DNA of 44,528 nucleotides from a virus. This document shows, in pieces, positions 19,003-28,675 of the stretch (positions are counted from its first letter, which is position 1; each line of letters starts with the position of its first letter). The notes beneath the pieces are model-generated. The model did not search any database. It saw only the letters and a program-made list of their open reading frames with translations, and was not told the DNA's origin. The translations under genes were made by a program, and so were the position numbers. The stretch lies in the IMG/VR virus record IMGVR_UViG_3300015171_000002, positions 1 to 44,528 of that record. The stretch is one strand, 5' to 3'.

Positions 19003-19467
19003 ATGGCAGATGACGGTGTAGTTTTATTAAATTTCGAAGCTCTTATAGAAAAAGCTCAATTAGGAGTAATTGAAGGTTTAAATCAAGCCGCATTAGAATT
19101 TTCAGTTAGATTAGCGGCTGAACTTCCGGATGGAGTAGCAGCTAAATCTATTGTAGTAAAACCAAGTAACCGACAAGGTGATAAATTTACTGTAACAGTT
19201 GGAATAGAAAACGAAGGTGTTTTAAAATATTTATGGGCTTACTGGAAAGGTGAACCAGAAATAATTACTATTTCAGGTCATCCCTGGATGAGGTTTGATA
19301 GATGGAAAAATGGGCCAAGTGAATTACGCTGGCGAAAAGATAATTTATTCCATTTTAAAACCGTAAAACATGAATATCTAGCACATGACTTTGTTGAAAG
19401 AGCTATAGCCAAATTTGACACCTTTGGAGAAACAATTATTAGAAAGTTTAATGAAAGAGTAAAATAA
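19003..19467 (+). CDS. Putative neck/tail-completion protein (HK97 gp10-like position)
   Basis: Synteny; SIVV...VTVG, F..V.H.....FVERA pattern. Confidence 0.5.
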   Translation: MADDGVVLLNFEALIEKAQLGVIEGLNQAALEFSVRLAAELPDGVAAKSIVVKPSNRQGDKFTVTVGIENEGVLKYLWAYWKGEPEIITISGHPWMRFDRWKNGPSELRWRKDNLFHFKTVKHEYLAHDFVERAIAKFDTFGETIIRKFNERVK

Positions 19468-19470
19468 TCT

Positions 19471-19917
19471 ATGATTAGTCCTGAATTAGTACAACGTGCT
19501 ATTATAAAAATGTTACAAGCTGATGCCGGATTAAGTGCTGTACTTACCGGTACAAAACAGATATTAGAATTAGAATATCAGGGCCAAGATTTTAGTTATC
19601 CAAATATTCGAGTAGATATTCAACCTCAATCTCCAATTGGAACTGGAACGGATAGAACCAGATTATCGTTAATTCATTGGACAAATAGAATTTATTCCGA
19701 ACAGCCGAGTAGTCAGGAAGCTAATCATTTATTAGGACTGGTTGTTAAGGCTCAATTTGATAAACAATGGGTAGGAACAGATAGTAATAATATACCTAAT
19801 TTTTATCTTATTCGAATAAATTTGGCGAGTATAGATAATGCTATGCGAATAGCAGATAAGTTATGGGTAGCTAGTGCGATATTTGAATCTGTTGTAAATC
19901 CTAAAATAGTCCCCTAA
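19471..19917 (+). CDS. Tail terminator protein
   Basis: VQRAIIKMLQADAGLSAVL N-terminus and YPNIRV, typical of gp17/DUF3168-like terminators; synteny. Confidence 0.6.
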   Translation: MISPELVQRAIIKMLQADAGLSAVLTGTKQILELEYQGQDFSYPNIRVDIQPQSPIGTGTDRTRLSLIHWTNRIYSEQPSSQEANHLLGLVVKAQFDKQWVGTDSNNIPNFYLIRINLASIDNAMRIADKLWVASAIFESVVNPKIVP

Positions 19918-19937
19918 AAGTCTATTTAATTACTGAT

Positions 19938-19966
19938 TTGACAAAAATTGAAATGTGTGGTATAAT
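19938..19966 (+). promoter_or_regulatory. Sigma70-type promoter upstream of the tail tube region
   Basis: TTGACA(19938-19943)-17 bp-TATAAT(19961-19966), preceded by TGTGG. Confidence 0.85.
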
Positions 19967-19970
19967 ATAA

Positions 19971-20183
19971 ATGAAATTAATTAAATGTTTAATGTTGGGG
20001 ACTGTCGTTGCCTATGGTGTCGTCTCTCAACAAAGATATATTTTCAACGATAGTAACAATCATATTTTGCTAGTTGAGGATGCAGATATTCCCGATATTC
20101 TAAATAAAAAAGATAAACAGGGTGGTTGTTGTAATTCACCGCTGGTTATAAAAGATATCTTCGAATTAATCCCCACTGAATAA
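19971..20183 (+). CDS. Small protein with GGCC motif
   Basis: 70 aa; G.VSQQRY.F, V.DAD.P..L.K...GGCC; similar to 5442..5687. Confidence 0.65.
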   Translation: MKLIKCLMLGTVVAYGVVSQQRYIFNDSNNHILLVEDADIPDILNKKDKQGGCCNSPLVIKDIFELIPTE

Positions 20184-20300
20184 AAAACATATAAAATAGT
20201 TAATAAACGTTCTTCTTGCGGGGAACGTTATAAGTTTCTGCTTGCGGGGCAGAATGAATAATTTTAGACTTGTCTAAATATTATTTAAGGAGAATTTAAA

Positions 20301-20936
20301 ATGGCTTTAGTAACAGGAAGTGCGTTCGGTAGCATTACAGCACAAACAGAATTATACATCGAAGGTGCACCCCAAATTTACATTGAAGATTTCAATGGAG
20401 CCTATGGTTTTGGGCCGGATAGTGATGGTTTTTATTGGCAATTGAGCGGTACTACTGCTTATCCAGTTTATCAATTAGGTTGCTATGAAAATGTCTCATT
20501 CGGAGATAATCTAACCGTTAACATGGTTAGATGTGATACCGTAGGTGATAAAGACGCAATTATTAAGAGAAACTTTATGGAAATTAAGTTTACATTAAAG
20601 AGTTTCTTCCCGATTAAATTAATTGCACCTTTCTTTGGTACATCAGTAGCAGCAGTAACAACAAATGCTGGTACTCACACAGAGAAATTTGGTTTTGGAC
20701 TTTTTGATAATAGTAAGTATTATAAAGTATATTTTCCAAAAGTATACGATGAAACAAATGGTGAATACGTAGCAATTACGGGTCACAGATGCAAGTTAAT
20801 GACAACCGCTGATATCAGTTTTACCTATGGTAATCCGTGGACTCTCCCGGTTGTAATTAGAATGTTGGCTTATGATACTCTACCAACTGCTCAATTATTT
20901 GCAACTATTGTTAGAAAAGACGCTCAGAGATTATAA
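20301..20936 (+). CDS. Major tail (tube) protein
   Basis: 211 aa, beta-rich, strong SD AAGGAG, lies between the tail terminator and chaperone/tape measure genes, followed by a long hairpin. Confidence 0.75.
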   Translation: MALVTGSAFGSITAQTELYIEGAPQIYIEDFNGAYGFGPDSDGFYWQLSGTTAYPVYQLGCYENVSFGDNLTVNMVRCDTVGDKDAIIKRNFMEIKFTLKSFFPIKLIAPFFGTSVAAVTTNAGTHTEKFGFGLFDNSKYYKVYFPKVYDETNGEYVAITGHRCKLMTTADISFTYGNPWTLPVVIRMLAYDTLPTAQLFATIVRKDAQRL

Positions 20937-20949
20937 TAAACTGAAAGGA

Positions 20950-20987
20950 AATAGGATGAGTAGGATAATAATTCTACTCATCCTATT
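20950..20987 (+). terminator. Long hairpin after the tail tube gene (partial terminator or mRNA stabiliser)
   Basis: 17-bp stem AATAGGATGAGTAGGAT / ATTCTACTCATCCTATT (one G-U), loop AATA; no good U-tract. Confidence 0.55.
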
Positions 20988-20996
20988 ACCCTAAAT

Positions 20997-21710
20997 ATGA
21001 ACTTTGTAGAAACTCTTACAACAAAAAATATAAAATTTGGCGAACAAGAATTTGAATTATTACGTTTGGGTGATTTTTTTAAACTTGAAATATTGAGAAA
21101 GAAATTAATAGAATCAATAAGAAAAAAAGATAAAAAACAGTTAAAAGAATCAATTGAAGATATTATCTTTTTACAGACGCGAGGTTTATTCAAATCTGAA
21201 AGTTTTTTCGAGAGATTACAGGCAGCATATCAAACTATTATCTTTAATCAAATAAATGCTGATGCCGCTATTTTCAAACCCCGTAAAACAAAAGAAAACA
21301 AACCACAGGAAACATCGAGTTGGAATTATGATGGTAGAACATTAGCCATTTGGATAGATACCTTTGCTCAAAACTATCACTGGTCTTTATCTGAAATTTT
21401 AAATCTACCGTTGAATACAGCTATTTATTTATATCAAGAAATTGCTATAAATATCCAATTGAAAAAAGAGTGGGAATACTCACTTACTGAATTGGCTTAT
21501 CCGTATAATAAAAATACAGAAAAGAATGAATTCAAACCATTACAAAGACCCGACTGGATGGCTGAAACTGCTGATGCATTAATTACAGTAACTAAGATTC
21601 CAAAAAGTTTATTACCATTTGGTGTTATTACAGACCTTTCCGGTATGGGAGTATTAGGACAAAATGAACAATCCTTTAGCCTTTCTAAAGAACAAACTAA
21701 AGAAGGTTGA
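20997..21710 (+). CDS. Putative tail assembly chaperone
   Basis: Between tube and tape measure; FAQNYHWSLSEILNLP resembles chaperone T-type segments. Confidence 0.55.
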   Translation: MNFVETLTTKNIKFGEQEFELLRLGDFFKLEILRKKLIESIRKKDKKQLKESIEDIIFLQTRGLFKSESFFERLQAAYQTIIFNQINADAAIFKPRKTKENKPQETSSWNYDGRTLAIWIDTFAQNYHWSLSEILNLPLNTAIYLYQEIAINIQLKKEWEYSLTELAYPYNKNTEKNEFKPLQRPDWMAETADALITVTKIPKSLLPFGVITDLSGMGVLGQNEQSFSLSKEQTKEG

Positions 21711-22071
21711 AAAACCGGATAATACTTTTATTATAAATAAAAGACAAATAACCATTTTACCAGTGACTTATGATGAGACATTGGAAGTGGTTTTTTTACT
21801 ATTACCTTATATAAAAATGGTCAGAGTAATAAAAGAAGAACATAAATCTAATCTTGATCCGATTATATTTTTTGATATTGTAGAAAATCTTATTCTACAA
21901 TTAAGACGACAGGATATAAATAAAATTTTACAGATATTATTAAAACAAGACGAAGGTTTTGTTTCCGAACTAACCACAGAAGATTTTGTAAGATTAGCAC
22001 CAATTTTTATTAGAATAAATCATCTAATTGAAGTTATGTTTATTCTTAGAAACCTGGGAGCATTTGAATAA
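21664..22071 (+). CDS. Putative tail assembly chaperone 2
   Basis: Helical 135 aa; TAATG overlap with the tape measure start. Confidence 0.5.
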   Translation: MNNPLAFLKNKLKKVEKPDNTFIINKRQITILPVTYDETLEVVFLLLPYIKMVRVIKEEHKSNLDPIIFFDIVENLILQLRRQDINKILQILLKQDEGFVSELTTEDFVRLAPIFIRINHLIEVMFILRNLGAFE

Positions 22072-24950
22072 TGGCTAGTCCGGCTGCAATTCTTGTCCAA
22101 TTACAAATAGCTACTGAAAAATTCGTTAGTGATCTAAATAAAGCACTAACGACAAGTTTAGGGTTAACTACTAATTGGTCAAAACAAGTTCAACAATCGA
22201 CCGCACAAGCACTTAATCCTGCTCAAATAGAAGCTTGGACAGCAGCATTAAACAAGTTAAATTTATATTTAAACGTTAATGAGAAACAGTTTGCAAGTAC
22301 AACAACAAGTGTAAAAGGTTTTGCACTAGCTACTCTTGATGCTCTTGTTAAAGGTGGTCACGAATATGATACTGCATTATTATCTATGCGTGATAATATG
22401 GTTGAATATGGTGTTAGCCTAAGACAAGCAGGTATTTTAGCTATTGAATTTGGTCAAGCTACTATCAATGGTGTAAATGGTGTTTTAGATGTAAATAGAA
22501 AATTACCATTATCTTTCAAAGAAACATCTGATGCTATTGGCGAGGCTAGTGTAAAATTCCAAGAGCTTATAAATAATGCATCACAATTAGTTCCAGTTGA
22601 AAAGGAAATAGAATCTGGTTCTAATGGTGTAGCTAATGCAACTAAAAATGCCGGTAATGGATTTGATTATTTAGCTAATAGAATTAAAAGTGTTGTCGTA
22701 TCACTTCTAATTGTTCAAACTATTTATCAGGTTATTCAAGCTTTTAAAGATTTAACAACCGCATCTCAACAATTAGCTCAGACTCAATACGAATTATCTG
22801 CTAATGTAGAATATGCTAATAAAGTACTTGGCCCACAGATCGGTAATCTAAAAGAATGGCAAGCCGAGATCGAAAGACTTTCAACAGTATTAAAGGTATT
22901 TTCAAAACAAGATATTACTGAATCTGTAAGTAAAACAATTGAATTAACTGGTCAACTCGGTTTTACTAAAGACCAGATGAGTAGTTTAATAGAAGTTGCT
23001 GCTCATCTTGCCGAAAGAACTGGTAAAAGTTTAATTGATACTATTACCGAATTAGGTAATGCTATTGGTGGAGGTCGATTACAGGGACTTCATGATTTAG
23101 GTTTATATATTCGAACTACAGACCTAGCTACTGAATCTTGGACTGAAGGTTTAGGAAAAAATATAAATGGTTTATCTGATCAGGAAAGAGCTTTAGTCGC
23201 ATTAAATGTCGTTCTAAAAAAATCAAATGATTTAATTTCTACAACTGGCGATTATTTAGATACTACAGCCGGTCAGATGAAAGCGGCAGATACTAGTGCT
23301 GATAATTCAACTAAAGTTATTTCAAAAAGTCTCGAAGGTCTTAATTTAATTCTAAAAAATATTTGGGCTGATTTTTTGGGCTATGTTAGTGATGGTATAA
23401 GTAAATTTAAATTATTAGATGACTTCATTACACAATTTAATTTAAAACATTCTCTAGCAAATTCAATAGGAAAACCACCAGAACTAGGAGATGTTGGATT
23501 AGCACCTTTTGGAGATTTAGGTAAGACTTCAAATGGCCCCGATGCTAAAATAAATAATGCTATTGCTATTGGTGATCTTAAAACATTAGCAAATTTATTA
23601 AATGATCCTAAAATTCAGACATTTTTTGGAGGTGCTACTCAAAATCAATTCCAAACATTATTTAATTTAGCTGAAATATATGCTAAAAAATTACAAGATG
23701 TTAAAGACAAACAGAACGAAGTATTTAGATTATCAGAACATGATAATAGTCCCGTAGCCGGTTCAACATCTAGTTCAGGAACGAATACAGATTTATCCGG
23801 TATTGAAATTACTGCCGTTGATTCCACAACTAAAAAAGTTGAAGCACTTTTCGATAAATCTAAAAAAGATTTAGATAAAGCTCAATTAGATTATATGGAT
23901 AGTATTAGCAAAGCTTATGAAAATAAGATTAAAGCTAATATAGCGGCATTAGAAAAATATAATGATAATCTTTCTAAAATCAATCAAAATTTTGCTCATA
24001 AATCTATTGATGAAACAACTAAATATCATAGAGAATTAGCTACACTTGAAACAGAAGAAGGTTATAAAGAAGTTGATGCCGCTGATGTACGTGATAAGAA
24101 AATCATAGATAATAAGAAAAAATACTATGATGCCCTACGCGCATTAGATGAACAATTTTATTTTAGTATTTTCGATGCGGTTGCTAATAATGACGCTATT
24201 GCTATTTTCGCCGCAGAGCGAAAATACAATATGGATAAGGATAAATTAAAACAGAATTATAAAGACCAGAATCAAGCCGCAAATGAGAATTATCAAGATA
24301 CTATTGAAAAAATTCAAAAAGATACTGAAAGACGTAGAGAATTATTACAGGAAAGATATAATCAACAGAATCAAGACTATGCTATTCAGCGTCAGAGAGA
24401 AATAGATGCCAATGCTAAAGCATTTAAAGAGGATATTGCGGTTAACCAGAGCCATTACGAACAAGAAACAATAGCATTAAAAGCAAAATGGGAAGAACAG
24501 AAAAATTTAATAATAACAAATACAGCCGATGCCTATGCTCAATTAATAAGTGATTTAAAAACTGCTTTAACAGCGCATCAAGATTATTGGACTGGTTTAA
24601 TAGATGGTTGGACAAAATATTATACCGACTTAGAAAAAATGGCACTATATTATAAAGATGTACCCGGCGCTCCTACTTATGCACCTCCAACTAATCCACC
24701 TCCAACCAACCAAACAACTCAATGCCCTCCCGGTCAGGTTTGGAGTGATAAATATAAAGCATGTGTTCCAAATGAAATTGGTGTTAGTGGCCCTTCAATA
24801 ACAACATCATCAGGTACGGGAATTACAGCAGTAAAAACACATAAATTAACAATTGGTAGTGATGGAACAATTTCAGATGCTATATTAAATTCGGTTATAA
24901 AGGAAGTAGCCGATACGATTCAAACAATGGTCGTGGAAAGAGGCGGCTAA
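22071..24950 (+). CDS. Tape measure protein
   Basis: 959 aa, Ala/Leu-rich helical with a long coiled coil and LHDLGLYI-type motif; canonical position. Confidence 0.85.
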   Translation: MASPAAILVQLQIATEKFVSDLNKALTTSLGLTTNWSKQVQQSTAQALNPAQIEAWTAALNKLNLYLNVNEKQFASTTTSVKGFALATLDALVKGGHEYDTALLSMRDNMVEYGVSLRQAGILAIEFGQATINGVNGVLDVNRKLPLSFKETSDAIGEASVKFQELINNASQLVPVEKEIESGSNGVANATKNAGNGFDYLANRIKSVVVSLLIVQTIYQVIQAFKDLTTASQQLAQTQYELSANVEYANKVLGPQIGNLKEWQAEIERLSTVLKVFSKQDITESVSKTIELTGQLGFTKDQMSSLIEVAAHLAERTGKSLIDTITELGNAIGGGRLQGLHDLGLYIRTTDLATESWTEGLGKNINGLSDQERALVALNVVLKKSNDLISTTGDYLDTTAGQMKAADTSADNSTKVISKSLEGLNLILKNIWADFLGYVSDGISKFKLLDDFITQFNLKHSLANSIGKPPELGDVGLAPFGDLGKTSNGPDAKINNAIAIGDLKTLANLLNDPKIQTFFGGATQNQFQTLFNLAEIYAKKLQDVKDKQNEVFRLSEHDNSPVAGSTSSSGTNTDLSGIEITAVDSTTKKVEALFDKSKKDLDKAQLDYMDSISKAYENKIKANIAALEKYNDNLSKINQNFAHKSIDETTKYHRELATLETEEGYKEVDAADVRDKKIIDNKKKYYDALRALDEQFYFSIFDAVANNDAIAIFAAERKYNMDKDKLKQNYKDQNQAANENYQDTIEKIQKDTERRRELLQERYNQQNQDYAIQRQREIDANAKAFKEDIAVNQSHYEQETIALKAKWEEQKNLIITNTADAYAQLISDLKTALTAHQDYWTGLIDGWTKYYTDLEKMALYYKDVPGAPTYAPPTNPPPTNQTTQCPPGQVWSDKYKACVPNEIGVSGPSITTSSGTGITAVKTHKLTIGSDGTISDAILNSVIKEVADTIQTMVVERGG

Positions 24951-24953
24951 AAG

Positions 24954-25415
24954 ATGAGTACAGTTAAATTATATAATGAAAATTTTGCAAGTCCAGCAAT
25001 TCCATATTTTGAGATAAATAGTGTAAGGATGCCAACTCCAAGTTCTTTTACTTGGATTCCACCAGCACAAATAGGATTAAATGGTGCTGGTCGGCAACGA
25101 TTATATCCATTTTGGGGAATAACTCTGGGTTGGGATATTTTAAGTGAAAATGAATATTCTTTTTTATATAATACCTGGTTGGGAGTAAGTTCGGGTTCAA
25201 TTCAGGTTATGTTACCTCCAACATGGGGTAATTCAACGGGTTTGCCGTGGAATGTTCTCGCATCTGGTTCATTAAGAAACTATAATTATTATAATATTTT
25301 GTTAGATCAACCCATTGCTCAAGCAACAATAGAAAATATCGGCTATCAAAACGTAAAACAAATGATTCGAAAAATTTACGGTGTAACACTTCCCGCTGGT
25401 CAACAGGGGCCATAA
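24954..25415 (+). CDS. Distal tail (Dit-like) protein
   Basis: INSVRMPTPS...ITLGWDILS pattern; immediately after the tape measure. Confidence 0.6.
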   Translation: MSTVKLYNENFASPAIPYFEINSVRMPTPSSFTWIPPAQIGLNGAGRQRLYPFWGITLGWDILSENEYSFLYNTWLGVSSGSIQVMLPPTWGNSTGLPWNVLASGSLRNYNYYNILLDQPIAQATIENIGYQNVKQMIRKIYGVTLPAGQQGP

Positions 25416-25416
25416 T

Positions 25417-28400
25417 ATGACAGTATTAACGCCAACACAACTAACAACTGTCCGTGATACAAATGGACAATATACTAATCTCTATTTAACTAAATTTGAG
25501 CCAAGAATTTTAATGCAGGCCCAAATCAATGATGCTAATATAGTGAAAGGCGCACAAGTAATTACATTTAATAATGTTATTACTGGTAGTTATACTAATC
25601 TGGCGGCGGGACAATCCGTTTATATTGGAAGTAGTCAAGGTGGAAATGATATTGGCCGAGTCCGGTTACGGTCGGTTACTTCTACCACACTAACGGTAGC
25701 TGTAGATGACGCTATTTTTTATGCTAATGGTCAATATATTACTGTTAGAGAATTCTATGAAATCTGGCCGGTCTTTCCCTTTGCGAGTTTAAATACTGGA
25801 ACACTGGTGCCAACTATTTATAAAGATTGGGATATTACATATTCTGATCAGAATGTAAATTTTGACCCGATTATTATTATGGGGCCAGATTTTGCGGGAT
25901 TTTATGATACTCTAACAGGAAATGCGTTCTATGGTAGTAATATATTTTTTTCTGCCACAGGAAGTTATACAGTAGATGGAAGTACAATCAGTTCCTATTC
26001 TTGGAACTTTCCGACAGCATGTACAATTACAGGTAGTACATCCGGTACACCCGGAAATGTTCAATTTACTGCCCCTGGCATGTATGTTGTTAGATGTGCG
26101 GTAACTGCATCAAATGGAAAAACTGCTGTATCTTATCGTCATATTGCTTTATTAAATAGACATTTTGGGCCTATTGATAGTTCTGTAACTTCTAGCTATG
26201 AGGAAATAGCCGATTGGGAATTTGGACAAATCAGTACAGATCATATTAATGGAGCCATTGCTAATATAAGTGTTAGAAATAGAGCCGATGAATTTAAAGA
26301 TGGTGACTTAGTTATTATCTTCAGAGAAGATTATTATTCTAATATGTTACAATCTTTCGGTGGTTATCCGGGTAGAGAAAATATTCTATTTGTAGGATAT
26401 GTGGATAAGGCTGATACAACATATGATACTTTTATTTCAAAAACAGATTTTATTTTAAAAGGTTCAGCAGCTTATCTACAGAATAAAGAAATGTTTAGTG
26501 TTCAAATACAGGATACTCAAGGTACACCTTCTGATTGGAGATATATAAAAAATACGACTATTCAAAAGGCTCTTATTCATTATGTCAGATGGCATTCAAC
26601 TTTATTAAATGTAAAAGACTTTAATAAACTAACTAATACTTCTCAGGGTGATTATCACGAAGATGTTATTCTATTTCAAAAAGGTGAAATTCTTTCTAAT
26701 CTAACAAGTTTCATGCAAGGAAAATTATTTGGATTCATTAGTAGTGATAGACAAGGTGAATTTTTTACTGAAATAGATTTACAAATGATAGTTACTGGTA
26801 GTCGGCCAGCATCTATTATGACTTTTCAAGAAGGAGATTGGTTAGGAGATACTAAAATTTCCGAAATTGTTGAACAGCCAGTTTCAAATGTTTTACTTGG
26901 TGGAGTTGCTTATGATCCTACAACAACTTATTATATAACTGGTGTTCCTTTATTAAGTCGAGCGCCCGGTCAGTGGCAAACCTATGTCGGTAAATCACAA
27001 AATGTTAGTGGTATTACTTTATCATCTCTTGGACAAACCGAAATAAATCAAATTTCTGGTTTATATTATGCAAAAGTAAATAATGAAAGTCCCGATTTAC
27101 AATTAGATTTATCATATAATATGTTAAATATTGATATGTATCCACAATCATTTTATGATTTTAATATCTCTGGAACAGCCGTGGTTTATCGTGGTTTCAA
27201 TTGGAAGCCAAAACGTCTAATTCCACGAAAAGAAACAATTAAATTAGATAAATTTGTATTAAGACAAATTATTACTTTTGAAACTGAAACATCTGGCCCG
27301 CCTGGGGATAGTGTTATAATTCCTACAAGTGTTCCCAATGGAGATTGTACGGATTGTGTTCCACCAAAACCATGTGATTGTGTAACTAATCCTAGTTGTG
27401 ATGGTTGCCCTCCACCTGTAGGAGTTGGTGATAAAAATACAGTTTATGTTGTAACTCAGGCACTTATTGGTCGAAGTAGAGATTTTTTAAATTCTAGTCC
27501 AACATGGTCAGCGGTTCCTACATCCGGCGTTTCTGGAATATTTAGAGATTTTATTCTCGACCCCTGGAATCCGGTCAATGGAGCCTTCTTGGTAACATCG
27601 ACTGGAATTTGGATGAGTACTGACCTGAATTCTGCAAGTACCTGGACACAAATACTTGCATCTGGTTCAGGGTATCCCAATTGGAATACTGGCGGAAGTG
27701 TAACTATCGCTCAATGTTTTAGAATTGTAGCAACTATTCAAAACCAGAATCTATTCTATGCCATGCTTTCTGATGGTAGCAGCAATGTTGTTATTGCCGT
27801 TATTCAAATAAGTGGTGGTATTGTAACTATTTATTGCAATCAAACCGGTATAGATGCTGCTTTAGGAGGTTCGGCGTCAGTAGCCTTTTCTATTTCTCAA
27901 AACAAAGGCTACCAACCTATACCTTATCCGAATCAGGCTAACAGTAGCGGCAATGTTTATTTTGGGGGGCTAGGAAAACAATTATATGTAAGTGGAAATG
28001 GTGGAGTAACATTTACCCCACGGGCTATTCAAGCCACGACAGATTTTTATGCGCCATTAGATATTCAGGTTCCATATGTTTATGGTAGTAGTGACGATGG
28101 ACTTATTTACGTTGGCGGCGGGCGTAGCTCTACCACAGAAGCTTATATCCTAAAAAGTTCTAGTAAATTTTCAACTTATGGAAATAATATCAGTCCAACT
28201 ACAGTTCATGGTAGCTATCCAGATGGCGTTGGATGCGAAGATGGTATTTCTAAAAGTAACAGGAATATGGTTGCTCATGCTCAAGATGGTAACAAAATGT
28301 ATATTCTAGGAACGCAATCCCGCGACAGCCGTGGCTATGAGGAGCCGCATCTACTATACACTTCGGATGCTGGTGCTACTTGGACATTAAAACATAGTTT

Positions 28401-28674
28401 TGTTGGTACTTTAGGTAGTGGTGATGGATTTGTAAATTGTTTGGGATTATGGCCTTATAATGAAAATGTAGTTTATGTTTTAGGAAATCAAGATGGCTTT
28501 AATAACGGAGATGGTTCTATTTTATACTCAGAAGATGGTGGCGTTACTTTTATAGATAAAATTGGCAATTGGACTACTACATTTGGAGCAAAAACACAAC
28601 CAGGATGGAAGGATAGTCCGGCTAATGTTCACAATGCTAGAGTAATGATAGTTCCGGTATGGTTGGCTTATTAA
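25417..28674 (+). CDS. Large tail-tip/hub protein with PKD-like domain, Cys/Pro linker and C-terminal Asp-box (BNR) beta-propeller
   Basis: FSATGSY...SYSWNF...FTAPGMYVV (PKD-like); CTDC..PCDC...CDGC linker; SGNGGVTF, TSDAGATW and SEDGGVTF Asp-boxes. Confidence 0.75.
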   Translation: MTVLTPTQLTTVRDTNGQYTNLYLTKFEPRILMQAQINDANIVKGAQVITFNNVITGSYTNLAAGQSVYIGSSQGGNDIGRVRLRSVTSTTLTVAVDDAIFYANGQYITVREFYEIWPVFPFASLNTGTLVPTIYKDWDITYSDQNVNFDPIIIMGPDFAGFYDTLTGNAFYGSNIFFSATGSYTVDGSTISSYSWNFPTACTITGSTSGTPGNVQFTAPGMYVVRCAVTASNGKTAVSYRHIALLNRHFGPIDSSVTSSYEEIADWEFGQISTDHINGAIANISVRNRADEFKDGDLVIIFREDYYSNMLQSFGGYPGRENILFVGYVDKADTTYDTFISKTDFILKGSAAYLQNKEMFSVQIQDTQGTPSDWRYIKNTTIQKALIHYVRWHSTLLNVKDFNKLTNTSQGDYHEDVILFQKGEILSNLTSFMQGKLFGFISSDRQGEFFTEIDLQMIVTGSRPASIMTFQEGDWLGDTKISEIVEQPVSNVLLGGVAYDPTTTYYITGVPLLSRAPGQWQTYVGKSQNVSGITLSSLGQTEINQISGLYYAKVNNESPDLQLDLSYNMLNIDMYPQSFYDFNISGTAVVYRGFNWKPKRLIPRKETIKLDKFVLRQIITFETETSGPPGDSVIIPTSVPNGDCTDCVPPKPCDCVTNPSCDGCPPPVGVGDKNTVYVVTQALIGRSRDFLNSSPTWSAVPTSGVSGIFRDFILDPWNPVNGAFLVTSTGIWMSTDLNSASTWTQILASGSGYPNWNTGGSVTIAQCFRIVATIQNQNLFYAMLSDGSSNVVIAVIQISGGIVTIYCNQTGIDAALGGSASVAFSISQNKGYQPIPYPNQANSSGNVYFGGLGKQLYVSGNGGVTFTPRAIQATTDFYAPLDIQVPYVYGSSDDGLIYVGGGRSSTTEAYILKSSSKFSTYGNNISPTTVHGSYPDGVGCEDGISKSNRNMVAHAQDGNKMYILGTQSRDSRGYEEPHLLYTSDAGATWTLKHSFVGTLGSGDGFVNCLGLWPYNENVVYVLGNQDGFNNGDGSILYSEDGGVTFIDKIGNWTTTFGAKTQPGWKDSPANVHNARVMIVPVWLAY

Positions 28675-28675
28675 A

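Noticed and set aside
738-20995. CCCTAAA / ATCCCC as a late-promoter motif (near 740, 4570, 17856, 19911, 20989)
   Set aside because: Several copies are just Pro-stop codons, and spacing to gene starts is inconsistent.
20997-22071. Programmed -1 frameshift between the tail chaperones
   Set aside because: TTTAAAC at 21078 is out of phase, and slippage on the T-run at 21074-21080 hits an immediate stop. No convincing in-frame slippery heptamer was seen in the 21664-21710 overlap, and the second ORF has its own ATG.
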